Both the position numbers and the translations under genes were made by a program. Shown in pieces: positions 30,742 through 41,374 of a stretch of 64,000 nt of DNA (within the stretch, counting starts at the first letter, position 1; every line of letters starts with the position of its first letter). The DNA is taken from positions 32,001 through 96,000 of the forward strand of contig JAYGDX010000027.1 of the NCBI GenBank assembly GCA_046582655.1, read 5' to 3'. Origin of the DNA: Candidatus Poribacteria bacterium (lineage in GTDB: Bacteria; Poribacteria; WGA-4E; UBA9662). Below the pieces are notes generated by a model. It made no database searches and was not told the origin of the DNA. It saw only the letters and a program-made list of their open reading frames with translations.

Positions 30742-31583
30742 AACAGTATCTTTCTGCACTACAACAGATTCTTGACGCAGGCATCGACCGACCTGACCGA
30801 ACCCAAACAGGTACACGTAGCCTGTTTGGAATGCAACATCGATATCGACTGAGCGATGGGTTTCCGGTTGTAACAACTAAAAAATTCGCTTGGAAAGCCT
30901 GCCTGAGTGAGCTGCTGTGGTTTATAGAAGGAAGCCGTGATAATAACAGACTTAAAGAGATTCTAAACAGCCGGAAAACTATCTGGGAAGCAAATGCAGA
31001 AGCGGAGTCCTGGAAACCTCGTGCCCAGTTTTTCGGTGATGTAGGACGAATTTATGGTGTCCAATGGCGAAGTTGGCAACACTGGTCTGAGACTGACCAG
31101 CAATATGTTGCTGTCGATCAACTGAAAACTGTCATTGAGGATGTCAAGACAAAACCATATAGCCGAAGGCATGTAGTCACTGCCTGGAATCCGGGAGAAT
31201 TGGACCAGATGGCATTGCCACCCTGTCACATGTTTTTTCAATTCTACGTTGATAACGGAAAGCTTTCAATGCAAATGTATCAACGGTCGTGTGACATGTT
31301 TTTAGGTGTACCGTTCAATATTTCGAGCTATGCTTTATTGTTACATATGGTTGCTCAAGTTACTGGACACAAACCAGGTGATTTTATCCATACCCTTGGT
31401 GATGCTCATATCTATCATAATCATTTTGAACAAGTCAAAATACAATTATCAAGGGAACCATACTCATTACCTGAGTTATGGATTAATCCGAAGATCAAGG
31501 ATATAGATGCATTCACGATGAACGATTTCAGGCTTATCAATTACCAGTTTCATGAAGCCCTGAAAGCGGAAATGTCGGTGTGA
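30738..31583 (+). CDS. thyA: Thymidylate synthase
   Basis: DRTQTGT, ELLWF, YGVQWR, MALPPCH, YQRSCDMFLGVPFN, GDAHIY. Confidence 0.97.
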   Translation: MKQYLSALQQILDAGIDRPDRTQTGTRSLFGMQHRYRLSDGFPVVTTKKFAWKACLSELLWFIEGSRDNNRLKEILNSRKTIWEANAEAESWKPRAQFFGDVGRIYGVQWRSWQHWSETDQQYVAVDQLKTVIEDVKTKPYSRRHVVTAWNPGELDQMALPPCHMFFQFYVDNGKLSMQMYQRSCDMFLGVPFNISSYALLLHMVAQVTGHKPGDFIHTLGDAHIYHNHFEQVKIQLSREPYSLPELWINPKIKDIDAFTMNDFRLINYQFHEALKAEMSV

Positions 31584-31632
31584 ACTTGAAAGACAGTCAT
31601 CAAAAAATTTCTGAAGAGGAGGAAGATAATAC

Positions 31633-32949
31633 ATGGAAAGCGATCTTACCTATCTGGTCGAACAGTTAAAACATGAGGACAACGAAGTTAGGATCCAAGC
31701 CTGTCAATCATTGAAAGATAGCGGCTATTCAGAAGCAATTGAGCCATTAAAATTAATGCTGGAGGATAAAAATAAATGGGTTCGTCGCCACGCGACCGAG
31801 ACCCTGTTAACCCTGACTTCAGTTGAAGACATAATTGATCAACTGATTCATTTATTGGATGATACAGATCCTTGGGTTCGTCGCTATGCTTGTGAATCAC
31901 TTGCTCAATCAGCAGATCCAAAATCAATTCAACCCTTAATTTCTCGATTAACGGATCAAGATTATCATGTGCGATTAACAGCGTGCCGGGCGCTGACAAA
32001 GTTTGGAACTCAGGATGATGTCGATTCAGTGATTGATCTATTGCAAGATGAAAATCAATGGATACGGCGGCAAGCCTGTAGTACACTCGGTCATTGGAAA
32101 TCGGAGATGGCTGGTGAGCGATTAATACAAATACTCAGTGATGAAAGTGCTCATGTCCGTTCGGCTGCCTGCCAAGCACTGGCAGCAATCCAAGACACAC
32201 AAGCAGTTTCAACGCTGATCATGCTTTTAAATGATGAAGATATATCTGTTCGTACCAGTGCCATTGAAGTATTAACCAAAATCGGTGACGCTTCGGCAGT
32301 CGAGCCAGTGATTGAGAAGCTTGATGACGAAAGTTCATCTGTACGTTTAGCTGCATGCAGAGCAATGACTGTCTTCAGCGATACACGCGCTTGTGATGCC
32401 CTTCTAAATTGTCTAAACGACGACAGCTACCTTACACGTCAATATGCTTGTCGGGCACTAGTGGAATCTGGCAATGACCAAGTAGCTGAAGCGCTAGTGG
32501 AGAAGCTTGATGACGAAATGGCCGAAGTCCGCTCTGTGGCTTGCCAGTCGTTGCTGAAGTTACAGTATCATCAAGCTATCAATCCGATTTCGGCGTTGTT
32601 ACAAGACGAAGATGTTTTCGTCCGACGGAGTGCCTGTAAATCAATATTGAATTTGGGTGAGAAAGAATCTCTGCTCCCTTTAGGCCGATTGGCTGATGAA
32701 GAGGATTGGTGGATCCGCCAATATGTGTTTGAAGCAATGGCGAAATTGAGAAACCATCAGGCTGTCGAACCGCTTATTACTATGCTATCAATGGAAGAAG
32801 ATCATCTCCATCAAAAGATTGAAGATGCGCTGATTGACATCCAAAATCGTGTGGATGATGAAGAAACGAAGAACAAGATCAAAGAAACATTGAACCCTTC
32901 TGAAACCTCCGGCATAGTTACAGGGGGTGATCCTAATACAAGCCAATAG
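31633..32949 (+). CDS. HEAT/PBS-lyase repeat protein (about 12 repeats of 31 aa)
   Basis: Repeated L.D....VR..AC..L units. Confidence 0.9.
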   Translation: MESDLTYLVEQLKHEDNEVRIQACQSLKDSGYSEAIEPLKLMLEDKNKWVRRHATETLLTLTSVEDIIDQLIHLLDDTDPWVRRYACESLAQSADPKSIQPLISRLTDQDYHVRLTACRALTKFGTQDDVDSVIDLLQDENQWIRRQACSTLGHWKSEMAGERLIQILSDESAHVRSAACQALAAIQDTQAVSTLIMLLNDEDISVRTSAIEVLTKIGDASAVEPVIEKLDDESSSVRLAACRAMTVFSDTRACDALLNCLNDDSYLTRQYACRALVESGNDQVAEALVEKLDDEMAEVRSVACQSLLKLQYHQAINPISALLQDEDVFVRRSACKSILNLGEKESLLPLGRLADEEDWWIRQYVFEAMAKLRNHQAVEPLITMLSMEEDHLHQKIEDALIDIQNRVDDEETKNKIKETLNPSETSGIVTGGDPNTSQ

Positions 32950-32967
32950 AAAATCTCGGAGGAATAT

Positions 32968-33986
32968 GTGAAAGCAATTATTGTAGGTTTGGGTGGCCGT
33001 GCGCGAAGTTGGATCGAAGTCTGCCACAGAAACGCAGAGGTGGAGATCGTTGGATATATTGAACCTGTGCCGGAACAGCGTCAACGTGTTGCCGACCAGT
33101 ATAATATCCAATCTGATTAGCTTTTTGATTCCATTTCTGCCGCTTTGGATAGCGTCAGCCCAGATTTCGCCATTGACGTTACGCCACCCAAAGTACACGA
33201 GCCGACAGCTATAGAAATCTTTGCTGCGGGGGTCTTCACTTGATGGGTGAAAAACCGTTGAGTGACGATTTTGAAGCGGCTAAACGAATTGTAGATGCCT
33301 CGATTCAGGCCAAGAAAACCCATATGGTGCCGCAAAATTATCGATTCGGCACGCAACCGCGTACCACACATCGGTTACTCAAAGAAGGGATTATCGGTGC
33401 ACCAAATCAAGTAAAGGTCGGATTTTATCGGGCATGGGCGACACAGCCCGGCACTCACTATACGACTATGTCCTATCCACTAATCACTGATATGGGGATT
33501 CATCATTTTGATCTGTTGCGGTATGTCATGGACTGCGAGCCAGTTGCTGTGCATGCCAGAACGTGGAATCCTCCTTGGGGATTTCATGCTGGTGATGCCG
33601 GCCACACTGCCATCATTGATTTTGAGGGAGGGCTTGTTGCTACTCATCACGCTCTTGGCAGCCCGACTGGAAAATCATCGCCTTGGAATGGAGAATGGCG
33701 GATTGAAGGCCCTGAAGGAAGCCTTACCTGGGAAGAAGATCAGATTTTCCATACACGTGATTATCCTGCTAACCAACGTCGCCGTCAGGAAATACCGCAT
33801 GACAATTTACCTCTGATTGGTCAAGACGCAATCCTAATGGAGCTTTTGTCTGCTGTCAACGAGAATCGGGAGCCAGAATGCAGTGGACAAGACAACTTGA
33901 AATCCTTGGCAATTGTGTTTGCTGCCATCCGAAGTTCGAAAGAGAACCGCACGGTAAAAATTAGCGAACTGCTAAGCGATTCGTAG
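32968..33986 (+). pseudogene. Gfo/Idh/MocA oxidoreductase pseudogene
   Basis: GTG start (MKAIIVGLGGR), in-frame TAG at 33118-33120, frameshift in the G5 run at 33228-33232, then the EKPL...DMGIHHFD ORF at 33240-33986. Confidence 0.8.
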
Positions 33987-34048
33987 CTTTTGTGTCAACA
34001 TTGCCACCAATTCAACTTTAGTCTTTATGTACGTTAGCTGGAAAGAAA

Positions 34049-35326
34049 ATGACAATTGAAACCGCATTTATCATGGACACCTCCCAAATAAAGTTCGGCT
34101 TTGGAGCAACGCACGAAGTCGGGCACGATATGCAGGCACTGGGTAGCAAAAGGGTGATGGTACTGACCGATCCCAATCTATCCGATAGCGAGCCTGTTTC
34201 AATTACCTTGACGGCGTTGGATCACGTTGGCGTTGATGCTGTCCTATTCGATCAAGTTCGTGTCGAACCGACAGATGTTTCTTTCAAACAGGCGATTGAC
34301 TTTGCCGTTGACGGTAATTTCGATGGGTACGTGGCAGTTGGCGGCGGATCCTGTATGGATACGGCCAAAGCTGCTAACCTTTACGCTACCTATCCAGCAG
34401 ATTTTCTGACTTATGTGAACCAGCCAATCGGGAAGGGCGAACCGGTGCCAGGACAACTCCAACCGTCAATTGCTATTCCCACAACTGCTGGCACCGGTAG
34501 TGAGACAACTGGGGTGGCTATTTTTGATTTGCTGGAAATGCGTGCCAAGACAGGTATAGCCCATCGGGCACTACGACCGTCCATGGGAATCGTAGATCCA
34601 AATAACACTCGGACACTTCCAAAAATCGTATCTGCTTGTTGTGGACTGGACGTGTTGAGTCACGCGCTGGAATCTTTGACCGCTTTGTCTTTTGATAAAC
34701 GTCTTGCACCCAAAAGTCCCAAATATCGACCTACCTACCAGGGCGCGAATCCAATTAGCAACCTGTGGGCTTCTCGTGCAATTGAAATGGTTTCTAAAAA
34801 CCTTGTTCGCGCAGTTGAAGATCCATCTGATGACGAAGCCAGAGGACAAATGCTTTTGGCTTCGACGTTTGCCGGCATTGGTTTCGGAAATGCTGGTGTT
34901 CATTTGCCGCATGGTATGTCCTACCCAGTTGCAGGAATGGTTCGAGACTTTATCCCTGAAGGATTCCCGAGTCCACATCCAATTGTGCCTCATGGAATGT
35001 CGGTTATTCTGAATGCACCGGCAGTCTTTCGTTTTACCGTGTCTACTAATCCCGAGCTACACCTTTACGTAGCTGAATTGATGGGAGCTGACATTTCTGG
35101 TGCCGATCCCAGTGACGCAGGTAAGATACTGACCAGTATGATTGTTGAACTGATGCAGAAAACGGGAATTCCTAACGGCTTATCTGCGGTCGGTTATGGC
35201 AAAGCGGATATTGACCAACTTGTGGCTGGTACGCTGCCGCAACATCGGGTAACCAAGCTTTCTCCACGACCAGCAAGTGCCGCTGATTTGGCAGAACTAT
35301 TCCTCGATTCATTGACATGTTGGTAG
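34049..35326 (+). CDS. Hydroxyacid-oxoacid transhydrogenase (Fe-dependent alcohol dehydrogenase family)
   Basis: VEPTD, GGGSCMDTAK, PTTAGTGSETTG, YQGANPIS, GFGNAGVHLPHGMSYP, PHG. Confidence 0.9.
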   Translation: MTIETAFIMDTSQIKFGFGATHEVGHDMQALGSKRVMVLTDPNLSDSEPVSITLTALDHVGVDAVLFDQVRVEPTDVSFKQAIDFAVDGNFDGYVAVGGGSCMDTAKAANLYATYPADFLTYVNQPIGKGEPVPGQLQPSIAIPTTAGTGSETTGVAIFDLLEMRAKTGIAHRALRPSMGIVDPNNTRTLPKIVSACCGLDVLSHALESLTALSFDKRLAPKSPKYRPTYQGANPISNLWASRAIEMVSKNLVRAVEDPSDDEARGQMLLASTFAGIGFGNAGVHLPHGMSYPVAGMVRDFIPEGFPSPHPIVPHGMSVILNAPAVFRFTVSTNPELHLYVAELMGADISGADPSDAGKILTSMIVELMQKTGIPNGLSAVGYGKADIDQLVAGTLPQHRVTKLSPRPASAADLAELFLDSLTCW

Positions 35327-35505
35327 AAGAAATGTCAAGGGCGTAAATTCATGCTTGAAAGTGGTAGAGGATGTGCGGGGTATCCATGTTTCGATACTCT
35401 GCCATCCGCTTTCAATCTCAAATTCAGGTTTCACTTTTCTTCAACTCAGCCTAACGAAATCCGTGGATTATCTGGTCTATCCACATCTTTATTGCAGGAG
35501 CTAGT

Positions 35506-36250
35506 TTGTATGTTTCTACTTCGACTGTCTGGGTCAATCAGTCTCTACAGTTTGACGGAAATAATGACTACGTCAAAATTGAAGCATCTGACTTGGCACA
35601 ATCTTGGGTAGCCGAGATGTGGGTTAAGCGACAAAACACCATCAACAGTGCTGGGATTTTGATGAGTTCTAACCAATTTCCGCTTCGGTTAAAACGATGG
35701 TATAACACTGAGAAAGCTGGCTTCACAAAGTATAGCACTAAGATAGAGCTTATAATTATGAGGCACCAGTTGACTAGTGGAGGCGTTTAACTTACGTGGC
35801 TTCCTGCAACCAGATTCATTTCCATGTCGACGGAGCTTTTCAGGCAACGAAGGCTAGCAGTTTCTTTCGACTTCCTCGTGGGACATGTAGGTAAAAACGA
35901 AAATTCTATTAAAGGATAGTTGTATGAAGTTTGGCTTTGGAACCTAGGCTGTATCAGCTGATCAAATTTACTACTACTGTCTATAGGATATCCATATTCA
36001 TGGTGTGCAAAAGGAATCAAAAAGATAGCTGTTCGGTTTAATCAAGGGACAGGTCAAATCAATGGTTGCCTATAAATACCATTAGACCACCAGATCAATT
36101 TCAATTTCTGCTCAATTTTCCCAATCCTTCCAACCCGGAGACATGATTACCCAAATGTTCTTACCAACCAGCAAAGGTACACAGCTCAATTTTAGATTCA
36201 CACGGTCAATTGATACAAGTGATGAACCTCGGTTTCAAAGTTACTGGATA
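35506..36250 (+). pseudogene. Decayed LamG-domain secreted protein with remnant C-terminal sorting domain
   Basis: QSLQFDGNNDYVKI, W.AEMWVK, and later IKG*LYEVWLWN. Near 36115-36155 the sequence reads NFPNPSNPET*LP, a decayed match to the NYPNPFNPETWIP motif of the intact gene at 46116-48293. Confidence 0.55.
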
Positions 36251-36324
36251 TTACATGGATAGGAATTAAACTACATAATGGGATGGTCGAAACTAAGAAA
36301 GAGCCTTCAATAAGGAGATTGACT

Positions 36325-37627
36325 ATGACTGAAAGTGCTGAGCATTTTTCGCGTCGTAACTTTTTAAAAACTGTTGGATCTGCAGCTGCCAGTCTGGTAA
36401 CAACATCCATTGATAAAACAGCGTCGTCACAATCCTGGAACTATCCCAATGTGTTGGTCATTTTTCCTGATCAGTGGCGTCGTCAAGCCTTTGGGTGAGC
36501 TACGGTGATCCCGTTGTCAGAACACCTCATCTTGATCGGCTAGCGGAGCAGGGGGTTAGGTTTAAGCGGTGCTACGCTTCCAATCCCGTCTGTTCACCAT
36601 CTCGCGCTATATTCCAGACCGGTCGTTACGCGCACCAGACAGGGCTTATTCAAAACAACCTGTACTTGAAGGAGGAAGAACGTTGTTTTGCCGAAATTTT
36701 CAGTGAAAATGGATATGCCACCGGCTATATTGGGAAATGGCATCTGGATGGTTCACAAAAGCCGGGTTCCGTTACACCCGGTCGGCGTCAAGGCTGGCAA
36801 TATTTTGAAGGTTTTAATCGGGGGTACTATTATCCGAAAGGTGCCAAGTACTTTAAGTAATTATGGACAACTGATTTCCTCGCAAAAGTTCGAATCATAC
36901 TATCAAACCGATCTCGCGCTGAAGTATATGGAATCACAAAAAGACAATCATTTTCTGTTATTTGTCTCTTATGGCCCACCGCACACGCCATATAAACCAC
37001 CACCAGAATTCAATCATTACTGTCAAGTGGATATTGAATGGCATCCAAATGTGCCGGAAGAGCTTAGAGGAACTCCACGTCTAATCCGAGAAATATGCGG
37101 GTATTATGGGTTGTGTGAAACTGTAGATCAACAGGTTGAACGGTTACTGGCTTATCTAGATAAATCTGGACTGGTGGACAATACAATTGTCTTCTTTACT
37201 GCTGATCATGGCGATTGTCACGGTTCTCATGGACTTTATCGAAAGGGGCATCCAGAAGAAGAATCTCTTGGAATTCCACTCATTATTAGACACCCACCAT
37301 CAATTTCGAAGGGTGTTACAAGCGAGACGCTGGTTTCGACCGTCGATTTCCCTTGTATACTTTTGTCTATGTGTGGTCTCAAGATTCCTGAAATGATGGT
37401 GGGCAGGGATTTTTCATGGTCTACAGATGGAAAGTCGGATCAAACTAGCTCCATCTACACGGAAGGACGTATGTCACAACTGAAACCGCTCAAGAACCAA
37501 AAATCCCTCTTTAGGGCAAAGTATGGCGCTTGGCGATCAGTTATAAACTCAGAGTACAAATTGGTGGTTGATTACACTGGAAAAGTTCAGCGGCTATCAG
37601 ACTTGAAGAACGATCCATTTGAACTTA
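36325..37627 (+). pseudogene. Tat-exported sulfatase, two frameshifts, truncated by IS5
   Basis: SRRNFLK Tat motif, PNVLVIFPDQWR, CSPSR, GKWHL, PPHTPY, ADHGD, DLKNDPFEL directly abutting the IS5 end. Frameshifts near 36496 and 36857. Confidence 0.85.
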
Positions 37628-38334
37628 GGGTCTGTTAACATTCATTCATCGTTAGTGTCTTCTACGGTCATTGGAGGAAAGACCATATGAACAGAAAACT
37701 ATTACGAAACGACCAGTGGGAAGGCATCAAGGATCTTCTGCCAGGCAAGAGGAGGGTGACCCTGGCAAGACCGGCGCGGACAACCGATTGTTGATTGAAG
37801 CTGTGCTGTGGATTGCACGGACTGGGTCACCTTGGCGCGACCTGCTTCCTGCCTTTGGCAACTGGCACAGTGTGTACAGGCGGCACTCCCGTTGGGCAAA
37901 AAAGGGGTTTGGAAACTTTTGCTGGAACAGGTCTCCGATGATATTGATCTGGAACAACTTCTCCTGGATAGCAGAATCATTGGAGTTCATCAGCATGGTG
38001 CAGGTGCAAAAAAAAGAAGGGCCTCAGGCCATCGCTCGCTGGCGTGGTGGATTGACCACCAAGATTCATTCAGCAGTTGATGCCAATGATTTCATCCAAA
38101 TGATCCAAGACATGGGAGCCATGGTGGTCATACCAGTGCGCAGTAATCGCGCAACCAACAACCAGAGTCTGATCATCACTGGTACTAAGACCGCAACCTG
38201 ATGGAGCGTTTCTGCAATAGAATTAAACAGTTTCGCCGTATTGCTAGGCGCTATGAAAAGCTTGATCACAACTTCATGTCTAGGCTCAACTTGGTATGTA
38301 CCATCATCTGGTTGGCGTGAATGTTAACAGGCCC
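37628..38334 (+). mobile_element. IS5-family (IS427-group-like) element, internally deleted and degenerate
   Basis: TIRs GGGTCTGTTAACATTCA and TGAATGTTAACAGGCCC with TA on both flanks; transposase fragments DNRLLIEAVLWIARTGSPWRDL, GGLTTKIH, RNLMERFCNRIKQFRRIARRYEK; A-run frameshift site near 38008. Confidence 0.88.
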
Positions 38335-38336
38335 TA

Positions 38337-39249
38337 GCCAAAAGAGTTATTGTTGTCTGGAAGCTGAAAGAGTACAACCCAAAATTCCTATGCCCATGAT
38401 GCCTGGAATTGTCTGCTGCTCCGCTTAGAGCCTAAGCCAGAGAGATTGTGGCATGAGGCGCAACTCCATGTTGGTCGACAGAAAGGGGGGGTGGTCCTAG
38501 ACGACACAATGCTAGACAAACCTTATGCTAATGGAATTAGTTAGCAAACATTGGTCGGATAAACATAAGCGTGTGGTTAGGGGCATTAACCTGATTACTA
38601 TGTTATGGACAGAGGGCAGCAGTCATCTCCCTTGCCATTACAGAACTATGACAAGTCGAATGATAAAATGAGCAAAAGCGATCATTTTCGTTCTCTGCGA
38701 CAAAAAGCCAAAAAGCGTGGTTCTCGGCCTGCATGTATTCTATTTGACAGTTGGTATTCTAGTTTAGACAACCTGAAAGCAATCGGCGACATCGGATGTA
38801 TCTGGCTGACCAGGTTGAAAATGAATAGTCTACTTAATCCTGATGGTTGCGGCAATGTTCAAATAAAGGAACTCAATATTGATGCTGATGGTTTGATAGT
38901 TCATCTCAAAGGTTCTGGTTTTATCAAAGTCTTTAAGACTGTTTCCAAAAACAGAGGCCTTGAATACTGGGCAACCAATGACTTAAAAATGAGTCAAACC
39001 AGCTGACTCAAACTGAGTCGGTTATGTTGGAGCATAGAAGAATATTATCCAGGCCTCAAACAATTGGTTGGCATTGAACGTTCACAAGTCGGTTCTAACA
39101 AGGCTCAACGGAATCATATTGGCTTAGCCTTACGAGCATTTCTTCGTCTAGAACGTTATTGCTTCCGAACAGGGCATAGCTGGTTTAGTGCTAAAGTCGC
39201 TATTGTTTGGCATGCTGTGCAGGCATACTTAGCAAATCCTCTTTACTAA
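38337..39249 (+). mobile_element. IS701-family transposase remnant
   Basis: VLDDTMLDKPYA, WSDKHKRVVRGINLITML, LFDSWYSSLDNLK, WSIEEYYPGLKQLVGIERSQ, AQRNHIGLALRAFLRLE, broken by stops and frameshifts. Confidence 0.8.
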
Positions 39250-39298
39250 TTATCTGTAACTTTCACTGGATTTCTTGGGTATTTGTATACTTTTTTGC

Positions 39299-39329
39299 TT
39301 GACAGCAATTACCTACATTTAGATATAAT
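39299..39329 (+). promoter_or_regulatory. Candidate sigma70 promoter of the 39.4-45 kb operon
   Basis: TTGACA (39299-39304) and TATAAT (39324-39329), perfect hexamers with a 19-nt spacer. Confidence 0.5.
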
Positions 39330-39405
39330 GGTTTGTGCTGGAATCAGATTACTATTTAAGCCGATACTTATTGTAGCCATGTCGGGGTAACATTTTAAGG
39401 AATCT

Positions 39406-40281
39406 ATGATGCCTAGAAAAGATTTGCAGATGGACGAAGAATTACAGAGGAAATTGGCGTCCCGTTTCGTTCTATATCGAATGATAGAAGAAGAGGAACA
39501 GATACCCGCCTTAATGGAGGATAATTACGTCTTTCTAGAGGATCTCATTAGTGAACATTATGATGAGTACTGGATAATCAAGAAAGGTACAGAATATTAT
39601 TCACCAACTCGAAAAGGGGAATTGATTTACCATAATTTCATTTCTCGCTGGTGGGATTTCATACTGACATACGATATATTCGCAGGCGTCGATTTGCTTG
39701 GAGGCACTTTTGCTGAAGATGAAGTAGACTGGGATGAAGCAGATGAAGCGGGACAACCTGTCTGGGAAGATCTGAGAGTGGCGGTTTGCATCTACAAACA
39801 GAGATTGGCAGAAAAAGAAGGTCGCAAAACAGACCTTAACCCTTTCACTATCGCTTTTATGTCACTTTTGTCCGAAAAGCGGATTGGAATGGGAAAATGT
39901 TGGCAGTTCGATCTTGTTTCCAGTGAATTTTGGCAAGAAGTTGAAGAAATCGGCAATACGAATCTTTGGCCTGAGGATCTGGGTTATATTGATGACGAAA
40001 CTGGTGAAGAAATATTAGGCGATAATGTGATACGCGACGTTATTGAGCAGGGAATTGAAGAAACCCGAAGAAGATGGGCCGATGCCGAAGATGGCGATGA
40101 CGACGAATACTTGAACCCACCGGATTCCTTGAAAACGCGTCAAGATGTGATTGAAGGATATGAGGAGGAAGTAACTTACTATGGATGGGGTTACGATCCT
40201 TTCTACTACGATCCGTATGCAGTTATTGGTGGTGGGTTCTTGACAGCAGCGTTCATAGGTGCTGTGTGGCTGGCGTTTTAG
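39406..40281 (+). CDS. Acidic hypothetical protein with C-terminal membrane anchor
   Basis: 291 aa, AAGGA RBS, D/E-rich, YYGWGYDPFYYDPY followed by a hydrophobic terminal helix. Confidence 0.8.
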   Translation: MMPRKDLQMDEELQRKLASRFVLYRMIEEEEQIPALMEDNYVFLEDLISEHYDEYWIIKKGTEYYSPTRKGELIYHNFISRWWDFILTYDIFAGVDLLGGTFAEDEVDWDEADEAGQPVWEDLRVAVCIYKQRLAEKEGRKTDLNPFTIAFMSLLSEKRIGMGKCWQFDLVSSEFWQEVEEIGNTNLWPEDLGYIDDETGEEILGDNVIRDVIEQGIEETRRRWADAEDGDDDEYLNPPDSLKTRQDVIEGYEEEVTYYGWGYDPFYYDPYAVIGGGFLTAAFIGAVWLAF

Positions 40282-40301
40282 AGAACTAAGAGGAGAATGA
40301 A

Positions 40302-41318
40302 ATGAGAAGACTTTTCCTGATGTTGATAATCTGTTCTATGCTTGCAGTTCTAACGTTCTTTTTGGGATGTAATAAGGAATCGCAGGACTACCCGGTTGGT
40401 GTTGCCAGAACGAAAGTCTCGGCTAAGATTGATCTGACTGACAAGTTAAATCCAGCCATCCTCCCTGATGTAATGAAAGAAGTTCTAAGGGAAATAGCCC
40501 CTCAGGAAAAGCCCGAGTCAAAAAAATTCCAGCAACAAATTGTGCAGAACCTAAGCCAAAAGATCATGGACGATCCAGAGGTCAACTATCAAGTTGATCT
40601 CAACGAAGATGGAAATATAGATCCGTTGCTCGTGGTTCCCGAATCGGTGCAGAATCAAGCGGCTGTGTACTCACTTCGTGTACCAGATCCGGGGCAATAT
40701 GCCGTAGATCCAGATCAGAACGCCAATTGGCATCAGATAGCAAGAGATGGGATCGAACTTGTGGCAGTGTCGTTAACTTATGGTCAGGATAACTCATCAA
40801 TGATGATTAATGCTGAATCCAACCAACACGTTTACGAAGGAAGAGCCCACCATCACAAAGGTTCGTATTATGCTAGCGAGCATAGCTGGATGGGATCGTA
40901 TTTTCGGTACATGATTATGCGCGACATCCTTTTTAGTCCCTACGGATGGTATGGACCCAGGTGGTACGGAGGTTGGTATGGGGGTTACTACGGTCGATGG
41001 CATGCTCCTGTGGGAAGGCGCACAGTAACACAAACTACCACTCGTTATAGAAGAGCAATGCCTTCCAAAACAGCAGCAAGTAGTGTAGCCAGAAGCAGCA
41101 AAGCCAAAAATCGTACTCAGCAAGCCCCAAAATCCATCCAGAACATGAAGTCCAAACGTGTTATGACAGCTCGACGGGCGACATCTACGTCACGTAGTGG
41201 TGGATTTGGCAGAAACACTACTTCGTCACGCCGCAAAAGTTCTTCTCCTTCAAGAGGCCTGAAGCGGAGCCGGTCTGTCAGTTCTTTCAGAGGAGGCAGC
41301 AGAGGATTTGGGAAATGA
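40302..41318 (+). CDS. Lipoprotein with EF-hand-like loop, aromatic/Gly patch and Arg/Ser-rich tail
   Basis: Lipobox FLGC, DLNEDGNID, YGWYGPRWYGGWYGGYYG, tail SRSGGFG...SFRGGSRGFGK. Confidence 0.85.
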   Translation: MRRLFLMLIICSMLAVLTFFLGCNKESQDYPVGVARTKVSAKIDLTDKLNPAILPDVMKEVLREIAPQEKPESKKFQQQIVQNLSQKIMDDPEVNYQVDLNEDGNIDPLLVVPESVQNQAAVYSLRVPDPGQYAVDPDQNANWHQIARDGIELVAVSLTYGQDNSSMMINAESNQHVYEGRAHHHKGSYYASEHSWMGSYFRYMIMRDILFSPYGWYGPRWYGGWYGGYYGRWHAPVGRRTVTQTTTRYRRAMPSKTAASSVARSSKAKNRTQQAPKSIQNMKSKRVMTARRATSTSRSGGFGRNTTSSRRKSSSPSRGLKRSRSVSSFRGGSRGFGK

Positions 41319-41374
41319 CAGGTAATCCACTTTCCTTTTTAATCATGTTTGACTAGTCAAATAAAGGATGAGGA

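Noticed and set aside
33118..33120. In-frame TAG as pyrrolysine or recoding
   Set aside because: The same gene also has a frameshift, and TAG ends many intact genes here, so a simple nonsense lesion is more likely.
36494..36500. TGA in the sulfatase as selenocysteine
   Set aside because: Homology continues in a different frame, and the catalytic CSPSR is a normal Cys.
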